From contig CBDEFM010000002.1 in NCBI GenBank assembly GCA_965237415.1, positions 1,152,001 through 1,216,000 of the forward strand: a DNA stretch of 64,000 nucleotides. Reading direction: 5' to 3'. Below, in pieces: positions 19,697 to 29,800 of this stretch. The translations under genes were made by a program, and so were the position numbers. Position 1 is the first letter of the stretch, and the number at the start of each line of letters is the position of its first letter. The notes beneath the pieces were generated by a model, which was not told the origin of the DNA, ran no database searches, and saw only the letters and a program-made list of their open reading frames with translations. Origin of the DNA: Alphaproteobacteria bacterium (GTDB lineage Bacteria > Pseudomonadota > Alphaproteobacteria > UBA828).

Positions 19697-21775
19697 ATGA
19701 CCTACAGGGTCGGCATCGACATCGGTGGCACGTTCACCGACATCACCGTCGCCGACGAAGAGGGCGGCCAGATCGAGGTCTTCAAGGCGCTGAGCGACCG
19801 GGAGGACCCGCTTCAGGGCATCCTCAACGGGATCGCGCTGGCGTGCGAGGAATTGGGCTGTTCCGAGGAGGCCTTCATTTCCCAATGCAGCCGGATCGTT
19901 CACGGCACGACGATCGGCACCAACGCCATCATCCAGCGCAACGGTCCCGTCGCAGGCCTGCTTTCGACCCGGGGGTTTCGCGACGTGCTGGAGTTCATGG
20001 ACGGGACCAAGCCGGAACCGTTCAACATCCGCATGGCGCGGCCGAAACCGCTGATTCCCCGGCACCGCCGCCTCGGCATCGGCGGGCGGATTGACTATCG
20101 CGGCGAGGAGGTCGCGCCGCTCGACGAGGGGGACGTGCGCGCTGCGGCAGCACGCTTCCGCGAGCAGGGGGTGAACGCGGTGGCGGTCGCCTTCCTCTGG
20201 TCGCAGGTCAATCCCGCGCACGAACAGCGGACCCGCGCCATCCTGGCAGACGAGATGCCGGGCGTTCCCGTGGTGATCAGCTCCGACATCCTGCCGCAAC
20301 TCCGCGAATGGGACCGCACGTCGGCGACCGTGCTCAGCGCCTACACGCTTCCCCCCATCGCCGGCTATCTCGAACGCCTGCGCGCCTGGCTCGCCGACCA
20401 CGGCTTTGCCGCCGAGCCCCTGATCATCCAGTGCAACGGCGGCTGCGCGCCGATTGCCAGGATCCTGCACTACCCGGCGCGGAGCATCGGCTCGGGTCCC
20501 GCCGCTGCGCCCGCCGCAGCCGTTCAGGTAGCGAGCGAGTTCTTCCCGCGCAGCGAGATCAACGTCATCAGCGCCGACATGGGCGGCACGAGTTTCGACG
20601 TCGGTCTCATCCGCGGCGGACTGCCGACGCTGACGCGCAACCTGAGGATTGCCGGCATGCCACTCGGCTCGCTGGCCACGGACATCATCTCGATCGGCGC
20701 GGGCGGCGGCAGCATCGCCTCGATCGATGCGGGCGGGGCACTTGCCGTGGGCCCGCAGAGCGCCGGCGCCAATCCGGGGCCGGCCTGCTACGGGCTGGGC
20801 GGGACCCAGCCGACCGTGACCGACGCCTTCGTCGCGCTCGGCTATGTCAACCCGGACGCCTTTCTCGGCGGACGCCTGAAGCTCGACCGGGACAAGGCGC
20901 TCGCAGCCATCGACACGGAGGTCGCCCAGCCGCTTGGTCTGGGGATCGTCGATGCCGCCGCGGGCATTTTCCGCCTCGCCAACTTCAAGATGGTCAAGGC
21001 CATGGCGGCGGTCTCCATAGAGCGCGGCGTCGACCCCCGCAGCACCATTCTCATCGCAGGCGGAGGCGCCGGCGGGGTGGTTGTGGGGAGCCTCACGGAC
21101 GAGTTCGGGATCGACCGTGCCATCATTCCGCGCGTCGCGGGTGGCTACAGCGCCTTCGGCATGACCGTCGTCGACGTGACCTTCGACTACACCAGGACAT
21201 TCACCACCGATAGCGACACGGCGGATGTAGACGCGATCAACCGCCTGTTCGCTGAGATGGAAGAGGACGCGCTGCGCGATCTTTCGGCAAGCGCGATCCC
21301 CACGGACGACGTCCAGTTCCAGTGGTTCTACGACGCCGCATATTGGGGGCAGGCACACGAGCTGATTGTGCCACTCGCGAGGGGCCGGTTCGAAGACGTG
21401 AGTGATCTCCGCCGTGCCTTCGATGACGAGCACGAACGCATCTACACCTTCAAGATGGAAGGCGACCGGGTCAATTTCCTGCACTGGCGCGTGAACGCCG
21501 CGGTCGGCAGCAGCATGCCGATGCCGCGCCGAAGCGCCAGCGCGCCGGAGGACCCCAGCGCCACGCTCACCGGGCATCGCACCGCGTATTTCGGCGGCGA
21601 GGACGGCGCGACGGAGGTTCCGGTTTACGACGGCATGCGGCTCGAGCCAGGCCACGTCGTGCGCGGCGCGGCCGTGATCGAGGAACCGACGACGAGCGTG
21701 ACCGTCTTACCCGGTCACGCCGTGCGGGTCAGTCTCTCAGGATACGACTATCGGGTGAACGGCGATGCCCTATGA
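19697..21775 (+). CDS. Hydantoinase A/oxoprolinase family protein
   Basis: GIDIGGTFTD, HGTT, DMGGTSFD, GPQSAGANPGPACY. Confidence 0.95.
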   Translation: MTYRVGIDIGGTFTDITVADEEGGQIEVFKALSDREDPLQGILNGIALACEELGCSEEAFISQCSRIVHGTTIGTNAIIQRNGPVAGLLSTRGFRDVLEFMDGTKPEPFNIRMARPKPLIPRHRRLGIGGRIDYRGEEVAPLDEGDVRAAAARFREQGVNAVAVAFLWSQVNPAHEQRTRAILADEMPGVPVVISSDILPQLREWDRTSATVLSAYTLPPIAGYLERLRAWLADHGFAAEPLIIQCNGGCAPIARILHYPARSIGSGPAAAPAAAVQVASEFFPRSEINVISADMGGTSFDVGLIRGGLPTLTRNLRIAGMPLGSLATDIISIGAGGGSIASIDAGGALAVGPQSAGANPGPACYGLGGTQPTVTDAFVALGYVNPDAFLGGRLKLDRDKALAAIDTEVAQPLGLGIVDAAAGIFRLANFKMVKAMAAVSIERGVDPRSTILIAGGGAGGVVVGSLTDEFGIDRAIIPRVAGGYSAFGMTVVDVTFDYTRTFTTDSDTADVDAINRLFAEMEEDALRDLSASAIPTDDVQFQWFYDAAYWGQAHELIVPLARGRFEDVSDLRRAFDDEHERIYTFKMEGDRVNFLHWRVNAAVGSSMPMPRRSASAPEDPSATLTGHRTAYFGGEDGATEVPVYDGMRLEPGHVVRGAAVIEEPTTSVTVLPGHAVRVSLSGYDYRVNGDAL

Positions 21776-23720
21776 CGAGCTGACAGAAGGCGAGGCGATG
21801 CAGGAGCCGAACTCCGAAGGGCCGCGCCGGCGGGTGGACGGTCTTTCGGAGGGCATCGACCCGACGATGTTCTCCGTGCTGCTGCACGCGATCGGGCAGG
21901 CCTCCGACGAAATGACCCGGGTCCTGCAGCGGGGCGCGCGCAGCACCATCATCTCGATCGCGCGCGACCACTCGGCCTCGATCTACACCGCCGAAGCCCA
22001 GATGCTCTATCAGAACGACGCCCTTCCGATTCACACCATTGGCGGGGGGCTCAACGTCGAGGCGGTCGTCGACGAGTTCGGTGACGACATCCACGACGGC
22101 GATGTCTTCATGATCAACGACCCCTATATGGGAACGACGCATAACTCCGATCTCACCGTGATCATGCCGGTGTTCCACGAGGATCGGCACTTGTTCTGGA
22201 CGTCGATAAGGGCGCACCAGAACAACACGGGCGAGGCGTCATTCGGACACGCGTCGACCAGTGTCTGGCAGGACGGCATCCAGATCCCACCTGTGCGCAT
22301 TTTCGAGCGTGGCAAGGAGGTGCGCAGCATTGTTCGCTTCTACCTGCGCAATGTCCGGCTCCCCGAATGGCTCGAAGCGGACTTGCGCGCCATGGTGGGC
22401 TCGGTGCGCACCGGCGCAGCGAGGCTTCAGGAGATGACGCGGACCCATGGCGTCGACACGGTGCTGGCGACGATCGACGAGATGATCGAGTACTCGGACC
22501 GGCGCACGGCGGCCGAGATCCGGGCGCTGCCGGACGGCGTCTACAAGGGCGAATCCTGGATCGACAGCGACGGGCAGGGAACCCACGACATCCGCATCGC
22601 CTGCACCGTCACCATCGAGGACGACATGGTTTCTGTCGATTACTCGGAGAGCGATCCTCAGGTCGGCGGCCACTGCAACTCGTCCCTCGCCTCGCTGCGG
22701 GCCAACGGCAGCATCCCAGTGCTGACCACGATCGACCCGACCATTCCTCGCAACGAGGGGTGCATGCGCCACATCCGGGTGATCGCACGCGAGGGGACGG
22801 TCGCGCTCGGCAAGTGGCCGTCGAGCACATGGTGGTCGACCACCAATCCCGGCGACGAGCTGATCGAAGCCGCCTGGAAGGCGCTGGCCCAGGCCGCGCC
22901 GGACCGCGTGCCGGCGGGCTGGGGGCGAATTCAGCAACGGCTCTCCATGGGCGACGACTACCGGACCGACCCGCCCACTCCCTTCGCGGCCTCGATCTTC
23001 GTCGCAGGCTCCGGCGGCGGCGGTTCCAGGGGCTATGACGGCTGGCCGCTGACGCAGTGCGTCTGCGCCTTGGGGGGCCTGCAGAACGAGTCGGTGGAGA
23101 TGGTCGAGCTGCTGCAGCCGCTCTTCATCGAGAGTAACCAGTTCCTCATCGATTCCGCCGGTGCCGGCAAGTGGATCGGCGGCCACGGGTGCGAAACCGT
23201 CGTGATGCCCTACCACGGGCTGCTCTACATGAAGTTCGAGTACGAGGGGACGCTCAACCCGCCCTTCGGCCTCTTCGGCGGGCTGCCCGGCAACGGCGGC
23301 TGCAAGTATAAGGAGACGCCGGACGGCAAGCGCTACTTCTACCAGGCGCATCCCGATCCTGACGCCTTTCGCGAGGGCGAGCGCTATGTCTGCATCAGCT
23401 CCGGCGGCGGCGGTTACGGCAGCGCGCTGGACCGCCCGGCGGACTCGGTGCGGAAGCTGGTGCGTGACGAGCTCGTCTCGCCCGAGATGGCGCGCGAGCG
23501 CTTCGGCGTGGTGCTCGACCCGGAAACACTGACCGTCGACGAGGAGGCCACCGAGGCTCTGCGGCACCGCATGCGGAAGACGGCAGATCGGTCCCTGTCG
23601 TTGCCGACCGGCCCCGGCGCCGGGGAATTCTGGAAAACCCGTTTTCGCGACGGCGACGAGCTGGTCGTCGAGGAGACGCCCGTTGCGTTGAAGCTAGGCC
23701 TTTCTCCGGAGGCGCGCTGA
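21765..23720 (+). CDS. Hydantoinase B/oxoprolinase family protein (B1)
   Basis: NDPY..H..D, GIQIPP, SAGAGKW.GG, GGGGYG. Confidence 0.92.
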   Translation: MPYDELTEGEAMQEPNSEGPRRRVDGLSEGIDPTMFSVLLHAIGQASDEMTRVLQRGARSTIISIARDHSASIYTAEAQMLYQNDALPIHTIGGGLNVEAVVDEFGDDIHDGDVFMINDPYMGTTHNSDLTVIMPVFHEDRHLFWTSIRAHQNNTGEASFGHASTSVWQDGIQIPPVRIFERGKEVRSIVRFYLRNVRLPEWLEADLRAMVGSVRTGAARLQEMTRTHGVDTVLATIDEMIEYSDRRTAAEIRALPDGVYKGESWIDSDGQGTHDIRIACTVTIEDDMVSVDYSESDPQVGGHCNSSLASLRANGSIPVLTTIDPTIPRNEGCMRHIRVIAREGTVALGKWPSSTWWSTTNPGDELIEAAWKALAQAAPDRVPAGWGRIQQRLSMGDDYRTDPPTPFAASIFVAGSGGGGSRGYDGWPLTQCVCALGGLQNESVEMVELLQPLFIESNQFLIDSAGAGKWIGGHGCETVVMPYHGLLYMKFEYEGTLNPPFGLFGGLPGNGGCKYKETPDGKRYFYQAHPDPDAFREGERYVCISSGGGGYGSALDRPADSVRKLVRDELVSPEMARERFGVVLDPETLTVDEEATEALRHRMRKTADRSLSLPTGPGAGEFWKTRFRDGDELVVEETPVALKLGLSPEAR

Positions 23721-23772
23721 CGGCGAACCGCAGCCTCTGGCGCTGCGGCCGGCTACACAAAAGGAGTGACCC

Positions 23773-24915
23773 ATGACGGGGCTCGGGCCCAACGAACACC
23801 TGATCGGCCAGGCGGGCTCCCGTGCGCGCCTGGCGACCCCGGCGCTGGTGCTGGACCTCGATCGGTTCGAGCACAATCTCGGCACGATGGCGGCGCATTT
23901 CGCGGATCGCCCCGAGAATATCCGCCCCCATGCCAAGACCCACAAGTGCGCCGAAATCGCCCGGCGGCAGATCGCGGCCGGTGCCGTGGGCGTGTGTGTC
24001 GCCAAGCTCGGCGAGGCGGTCGCGCTCATGCGGGGCGGCATCTCCCGCATCCTCATCACGTCGCCGATCGTCACGGCCGACAAGCTCCAGCGCGTGCTGG
24101 CGCTGAACGACGAGGCGGAGGAGCTTCTTCTCGTGGTCGACAATGCCGAGACGATCGACCTCCTGGCCTCTCTCGCCGCAGGCCGCGCCAAGCCCATGCA
24201 CGTGCTCATCGACCTCGGCGTCGGGCGCAACCGCACGGGGATCCCGACCGTTCCCGGTGCCGTGGCACTCGCGGAACAGATCAAGGCTCGGCCCTCGCTC
24301 ACCCTGCGCGGGCTGCAGTGCTATGCGGGCCATGTCCAGCACATCGAAGATTGCGCCGCGCGCGAGGAAGAAGCGTTGGGGGTCATGAAACGCATCGGCG
24401 AAGCCCGCGATGCGATCGAGGCCGCGACCGGGACGCTCGACATCGTCACCGGCGGCGGCACGGGGACCTACGATATCGACCCCGAGGCCGGTGTCTTTAC
24501 CGATCTCCAGGTGGGCTCCTTCATCTTCATGGATGTCCAATACAGCGCGGTGATGCGGCGCGACGGCACGCCGGGTCCTTTCGGCACGGCGCTCTTCGTT
24601 CAGTCGACCGTGATCTGCGCCAATATCGCCGAGGCGGTGACCACCGATGTCGGCTTCAAGGCATTCGCAACGGACGGTCCCCCGCCCGAGATCGCAGACG
24701 GTGCGCCGGAAGGATCGACCTATGACTTCATGGGGGACGAGCATGGCAGGATCGTCCTCCCCAAAGGTGCGAACGGTCCCCCCATCGGGTCGGTGATCTC
24801 CTGCGTGACGCCGCATTGCGACCCCAACGTCAATCTCCATGACGTCTACCACTGCGTTCGCGGTGACAGGCTCGTGGATATCTGGCCTATCGATACGCGG
24901 GGCCAGACCTGGTGA
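23773..24915 (+). CDS. DSD1/D-threonine aldolase-like PLP-dependent enzyme
   Basis: TPALVLD, RPHAKTHK, GGGTGT, DEHG, HCDPNVNLHD. Confidence 0.9.
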   Translation: MTGLGPNEHLIGQAGSRARLATPALVLDLDRFEHNLGTMAAHFADRPENIRPHAKTHKCAEIARRQIAAGAVGVCVAKLGEAVALMRGGISRILITSPIVTADKLQRVLALNDEAEELLLVVDNAETIDLLASLAAGRAKPMHVLIDLGVGRNRTGIPTVPGAVALAEQIKARPSLTLRGLQCYAGHVQHIEDCAAREEEALGVMKRIGEARDAIEAATGTLDIVTGGGTGTYDIDPEAGVFTDLQVGSFIFMDVQYSAVMRRDGTPGPFGTALFVQSTVICANIAEAVTTDVGFKAFATDGPPPEIADGAPEGSTYDFMGDEHGRIVLPKGANGPPIGSVISCVTPHCDPNVNLHDVYHCVRGDRLVDIWPIDTRGQTW

Positions 24916-24951
24916 GGCCGGCCGTTCACCGCGAACCTGAAGGGTGAGTTC

Positions 24952-25659
24952 ATGACCGAAGTCCCAACTGCTGCGGAGATCGAGGCGCTCCGCGACATCG
25001 ATACCCCGACCATATGCAACCTGCTGGAGATGGTGGTGCCGGAGCGTCGCGGCTACGGCTACACGGTTGAGCATCTCCACTGCCTCTACCCCGCCATGAA
25101 GCCCATCGTCGGGTTCGCCAAGACGGCCACCATGCGGGCCAAGAATCCGGCGCGCTGGAGCCCGGCGGAATACATGGACATCCGCGCGGGCTATTTCGAC
25201 TATCTGGCCGAGGGCGAGGCACCGAAGATCAGCGTGGTGCAGGACACCGACGAGCGGCCGGGCTACGGTGCGTTCTATGGCGAGGTCTTCAGCGCCGTGC
25301 ACAAGGCGCTCGGCTGCCGCGGCGTGGTGACCAACGGCAGCGTCCGCGACATCGATATGCTGGCGCCCGATTTTCAGGTTCTGGCCGGCCTGATCGCGCC
25401 CTCGCATGCGTTCGTCCACGTCGCGCAGTGGGGCTGCGAGGTCAACGTGCACGGAATGGTCGTCCAGGACGGCGATCTGATCCATGCCGACCGGCACGGC
25501 GCCGTCGTGGTCCCGCTCGAGGCGGTGCGCGGCGTGCTCGGCAAGCTCGATCTCATGGTGCGCCGCGAAGCGGTCATCCTGGAGGCGGCGCGCCGCCCCG
25601 ATGCCACGGTGGAGGCGATCAAGGACGCCTGGCAACGCTCGACGAAGATCAAGGAATAG
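24952..25659 (+). CDS. RraA/HMG aldolase family protein
   Basis: DTPTICN, GVVTNGSVRD, GDLIHADRHGAV. Confidence 0.88.
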   Translation: MTEVPTAAEIEALRDIDTPTICNLLEMVVPERRGYGYTVEHLHCLYPAMKPIVGFAKTATMRAKNPARWSPAEYMDIRAGYFDYLAEGEAPKISVVQDTDERPGYGAFYGEVFSAVHKALGCRGVVTNGSVRDIDMLAPDFQVLAGLIAPSHAFVHVAQWGCEVNVHGMVVQDGDLIHADRHGAVVVPLEAVRGVLGKLDLMVRREAVILEAARRPDATVEAIKDAWQRSTKIKE

Positions 25660-25722
25660 TTGCCGCCGGCCGCAGGGCCCGTCGCGTGACGGCAGGGTGA
25701 GCGGGCGCTAAGGGAGACAGTC

Positions 25723-26499
25723 ATGACAGACACACCGCTGGTCGAAATGAAGAACGTCTTCAAGGCGTTCGGCGGCGTGCACGCGGTAGAGGACGTGACG
25801 GTCCACGTGGGCGCCGGCGAGGTGCTTGGCATCGTCGGCCACAACGGCGCCGGCAAGTCGACCCTGATCAAGATCCTCTCGGGCGCCCACACGATGGACA
25901 GCGGCCAGGTCCTGATGAGCGGCGAGCCCGTCTCCATCGACAATCCGCGCACTGCGCGCTCGCTCGGGATCGAGGCGCTCTACCAGAACCTCGCGCTCGC
26001 CGACAATCTCGACGCCGCTGCCAACCTGTTTCTCGGGCGGGAACTCACGACGCCCTACGGCAAGCTCGACAACAAGACAATGGCCGAAGCGACGCGCGAG
26101 GTGATCGCGCGCATCAACCCGGAGTTCGCCAACCTCGGCACGCCCGTTCTCCATCTCTCAGGCGGGCAGCGCCAGACCATCGCGATTGCACGGGCGGTCT
26201 ACTTCAACGCCAGGGTCCTCGTCATGGACGAGCCCACGGCCGCGCTCGGCTTGCGCGAATCCGCAGCGTTCAAGGAACTGGTGCTGCGGCTCAAGCAGGA
26301 AGGCATCGGCATGTTCATGATCAGCCACGACCTGCACGATGTCTTCGACATCTCGGACCGCATCTTCGTCATGTCCGGCGGCCGCGAAGTGGGAACGCGG
26401 CGCACCGACGAGGTCACCAAGGACCAGGTGCTCTCCATGATCATCCTCGGCAAGAAGCCGGGGGAAGAGTCAGCCGAGGACCTGGCCAAGCTTCACTGA
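25723..26499 (+). CDS. Sugar ABC ATPase (single domain)
   Basis: [23 protein letters not shown]. Confidence 0.92.
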   Translation: MTDTPLVEMKNVFKAFGGVHAVEDVTVHVGAGEVLGIVGHNGAGKSTLIKILSGAHTMDSGQVLMSGEPVSIDNPRTARSLGIEALYQNLALADNLDAAANLFLGRELTTPYGKLDNKTMAEATREVIARINPEFANLGTPVLHLSGGQRQTIAIARAVYFNARVLVMDEPTAALGLRESAAFKELVLRLKQEGIGMFMISHDLHDVFDISDRIFVMSGGREVGTRRTDEVTKDQVLSMIILGKKPGEESAEDLAKLH

Positions 26500-26517
26500 A
26501 GGGGATCACGCACGCCG

Positions 26518-28437
26518 ATGCCCTCACGCGACACCACACTCGCGCTCGAAAGCCGCGCCATGAGTCCAGGTGTGGACCCGGTCACCTTCTCCGTGCTGCT
26601 CCACGCCATCGGCGAGGCATCGAGCGAGATGACGACGGTGCTCCAGCATGGCGCGCGCAGCACCATCATCTCGATCGCGCGCGACCACTCGGCCTCGATC
26701 TACACCGCCGAAGCCCAGATGCTCTATCAGAACGACGCTCTTCCGATTCACACCATTGGCGGCGGGCTCAACATCGAGGCGATCAAGGAGGAATTCGGCG
26801 ACGACATCAACCACGGCGACATCTTCATGATCAACGACCCCTATTTGGGGACGACCCACAACTCCGACCTCACCGTCATCATGCCGGTGTTCGTAGACGG
26901 CGAGCACCTGTTCTGGACGGCGGTGCGGGCGCATCAGAACAATACCGGCGAGGCCTCCTTCGGCTATGCCTCGACCAGCGTGTGGCAGGACGGCATTCAG
27001 ATTCCGCCCGTGCGCATCTTCGAGCGCGGTCGCGAGATACGCAGCACGATCCGCTTCTATCTGCGCAACGTCCGTCTTCCCGATTGGCTCGAAGCCGACC
27101 TCAGGGCCATGGTCGGCGCGGTTCGCGCCGGCGCCGCTCGGCTTCAGGAAATGACGGAGACCCACGGCATCGATGTCGTCGTGCCGACCCTGGCCGAGAT
27201 GATCAACTATGCCGAGCGCCGCACGGCCGCCGAGATCCGCGCGCTGCCCGATGGCGTCTATCACGGGGAGGGATGGATCGACAGCGACGGCCAGGGCACG
27301 CACAACATCCGAATCGCCTGCACCGTGACGATCGACGACGACACGATCCACGTCGACTTTTCGGGCAGCGACCCCCAGGCCGGCGGCCACTGCAACGCGA
27401 CCGTGGCCACGATGGAGGCCTGCGGCAGCATTCCGGTGCTCACCATCATCGACCCCACCATCCCGCGCAACGAGGGATGCACGCGCCGCATCCGGGTCAC
27501 GGCGCCTGTGGGTTCGGTGGCGAACGCGCGTTGGCCCGCGAGCACGTGGTGGGGCACCGTCAATCCCGGCGATATTCTGATCGAGGCCGCCTGGAAGGCG
27601 CTGGCCCAAGCGGCGCCGGATAGCGTACCCGCGGGCTGGGGGCGCTGTCAGCAACGTCTCTCCATGGGCGACGACAATCGGGTGAGCCCGTCGGTGCCCT
27701 TTGCCGCATCGATTTTCGTCGCGGCGTCCGGCGGCGGGGCCTGCTGCGGTGCCGACGGCTGGCCGCTCACCCAGTGCGTCTGCTGCTTGGGCGGCATGCA
27801 GACGGAATCGGTGGAGATGGTGGAGCTGCTCCAGCCGCTCTTCGTGGAATACAATGAGTTCCTGGCCGACAGTGCCGGCGCCGGCACCTGGATCGGCGGC
27901 CACGGTATCGAGACCAGCGTCAGGCCGATCGACGGCATCCTCTACATGAAATTCGAGTACGAGGGCACCTTCAACCCGCCCTTCGGCCTGTTCGGCGGCC
28001 TGCCCGGCAACGGCGGCTGCAAGTACAAGGAACGCGCGGACGGTACCCGCCGCTTCTACATGGCGCATCCGGACCCGGACGTCATCGACGAGGGCGAGCG
28101 CTATGTGACAGTCACCACTGGCGGCGGGGGATACGGCAATCCTTTCGCCCGGCCCGCGTCGTCGGTGCGGGAGCTTGTAGTGGACGAGCTCCTGACCGTT
28201 GCGGCGGCGCGCGAGAGGTTCGGCGTCGCGATCGACCCGGTCACACTTGAGATCGATGAAGGCGAGACCGACACCCTCCGGCGCAGGCGGGGCAGCGCTG
28301 TGGAACAGCCGTTGTGGCTGCCGCAGAAGGCCGGAGAGGGGGAGTATTGGAAGGAGCGGTTTCGCGAGGGGGACGAGCTGGTGTGGGAAACCATGCCGAC
28401 CGCGCTGCGGCTCGGCCTCTCACCGGAGGCGCGGTAG
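26518..28437 (+). CDS. Hydantoinase B/oxoprolinase family protein (B2, paralog of B1)
   Basis: Collinear with 21765..23720 and has the same C-terminus LGLSPEAR. Confidence 0.92.
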   Translation: MPSRDTTLALESRAMSPGVDPVTFSVLLHAIGEASSEMTTVLQHGARSTIISIARDHSASIYTAEAQMLYQNDALPIHTIGGGLNIEAIKEEFGDDINHGDIFMINDPYLGTTHNSDLTVIMPVFVDGEHLFWTAVRAHQNNTGEASFGYASTSVWQDGIQIPPVRIFERGREIRSTIRFYLRNVRLPDWLEADLRAMVGAVRAGAARLQEMTETHGIDVVVPTLAEMINYAERRTAAEIRALPDGVYHGEGWIDSDGQGTHNIRIACTVTIDDDTIHVDFSGSDPQAGGHCNATVATMEACGSIPVLTIIDPTIPRNEGCTRRIRVTAPVGSVANARWPASTWWGTVNPGDILIEAAWKALAQAAPDSVPAGWGRCQQRLSMGDDNRVSPSVPFAASIFVAASGGGACCGADGWPLTQCVCCLGGMQTESVEMVELLQPLFVEYNEFLADSAGAGTWIGGHGIETSVRPIDGILYMKFEYEGTFNPPFGLFGGLPGNGGCKYKERADGTRRFYMAHPDPDVIDEGERYVTVTTGGGGYGNPFARPASSVRELVVDELLTVAAARERFGVAIDPVTLEIDEGETDTLRRRRGSAVEQPLWLPQKAGEGEYWKERFREGDELVWETMPTALRLGLSPEAR

Positions 28438-29682
28438 ACGGCGGAACCGCTTCACGTCGAAGGGGGCAAGGTCGAGGCGCGGCGGCCTTTCGGCGACGAG
28501 ATCGGCAATCACCTCCGCGGTCTTCGCGGCGCCGATGAGCCCCTGGTGCCCATGCCCGAAGGCGAACAGCACCGCCGGATGGCGCGGCGCCCGGCAGAGC
28601 ACGGGGAGGCTATCCGGCGTGCACGGCCTCTCGCCCATCCACGTCGTATGTTCCCCAACATTGAGCGCGGGAATCGTGGCCTTGGCATGACGAGAGAGCG
28701 CCTCGGCGCGCTTGCTGTTTGGCGGTGCACCATCGCGCGCGAACTCGACGGTGCCGCCGATCCTGATCCCCATCGCCATGGGCACGATGGTCGCAGCGTG
28801 GGCGAGCGGCAGGACGACCCTGCCCAGCGCGACGCCAGGATTGGTGAAGGTCACGTGATAGCCGCGCTGCGCCACGAGAGGAACAGGGTAGCCCAGCCCG
28901 GCAACCAGCGGCTTGGACCACACACCGGCCGCAACGACGACGACATCGTGGTCGTGCCTTTCGCCGCCGGCCTCGATGGCGGCGTGTTCGCTCTCCACGG
29001 CCAGTATTCGGTCGACGCACGCGCGCCTCAACGAACCGCCTTGGCGCTCGAAATGCTCTGCCAGCCCGGTGACGAGGCGGTGCGGGTCGAGGGTATGCGC
29101 AGCCGCCGGCACGAACACGCCTTTGGTGAACCCCGGCGCGAGCTCAGGCTCCAGGTCGCGAAGGCCGCCGGCATCGAGCACCTCGACCCGGTGGCCCGCC
29201 GCCCGCTGCAGCGAGACGGTGAGGCCGTCGCCGGCGCTCTCCTGCCCAATAGGGTCGACATAGAGCATGCCCCGCCTCTGGACCAGCGCGTCGAGGCCGG
29301 CCTCGTGCAAGAGCGGCATGAGCAGATCGAGAGTAGGCCCATTGAGCGCGGCCAGCGCCGCCGAGATCGCGCGCACCCTGTCTTCGCGGCCCGCACGCAG
29401 GAAGGCGATGAGCCAGGGCACAAGGCGCGGGAGCTCGCGCCAGTCGAGATAGAGCGGGCCGGTTTCATCGAGCAGCCAGCGGGGCACCTTCCTGACGAGA
29501 CCCGGCATCGCCACGGGCATCACGGCAGCAGGCGACAGCACACCGGAGTTGCCGAAGGAGGCACCGGAGCCAGGCGCATCGCGGTCGTAGAGCGTGACCT
29601 CGTGGCCCTCGCGTCTCAGGAAACACGCGGCGACGGTTCCGATGATGCCGGCACCGATGACCGCGACGGATCGTGCAGTCAT
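28420..29682 (-). CDS. FAD-dependent D-amino acid dehydrogenase-like oxidoreductase
   Basis: GAGIIG, GASFGNSG, RPCTPDSLP, FGHGHQG. Confidence 0.9.
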   Translation of the reverse strand: MTARSVAVIGAGIIGTVAACFLRREGHEVTLYDRDAPGSGASFGNSGVLSPAAVMPVAMPGLVRKVPRWLLDETGPLYLDWRELPRLVPWLIAFLRAGREDRVRAISAALAALNGPTLDLLMPLLHEAGLDALVQRRGMLYVDPIGQESAGDGLTVSLQRAAGHRVEVLDAGGLRDLEPELAPGFTKGVFVPAAAHTLDPHRLVTGLAEHFERQGGSLRRACVDRILAVESEHAAIEAGGERHDHDVVVVAAGVWSKPLVAGLGYPVPLVAQRGYHVTFTNPGVALGRVVLPLAHAATIVPMAMGIRIGGTVEFARDGAPPNSKRAEALSRHAKATIPALNVGEHTTWMGERPCTPDSLPVLCRAPRHPAVLFAFGHGHQGLIGAAKTAEVIADLVAERPPRLDLAPFDVKRFRRLPRLR

Positions 29683-29800
29683 GAAACTCCCTGCCAGGAA
29701 CGACCTTGACGGCGCACGCCGAACGTTACACTAGCCGGGGAGCGCGGTCCGTCACGGCGTGATGCCGGGTGGTCCCTCGATTGTGTCCGGAGTTCTGCAG

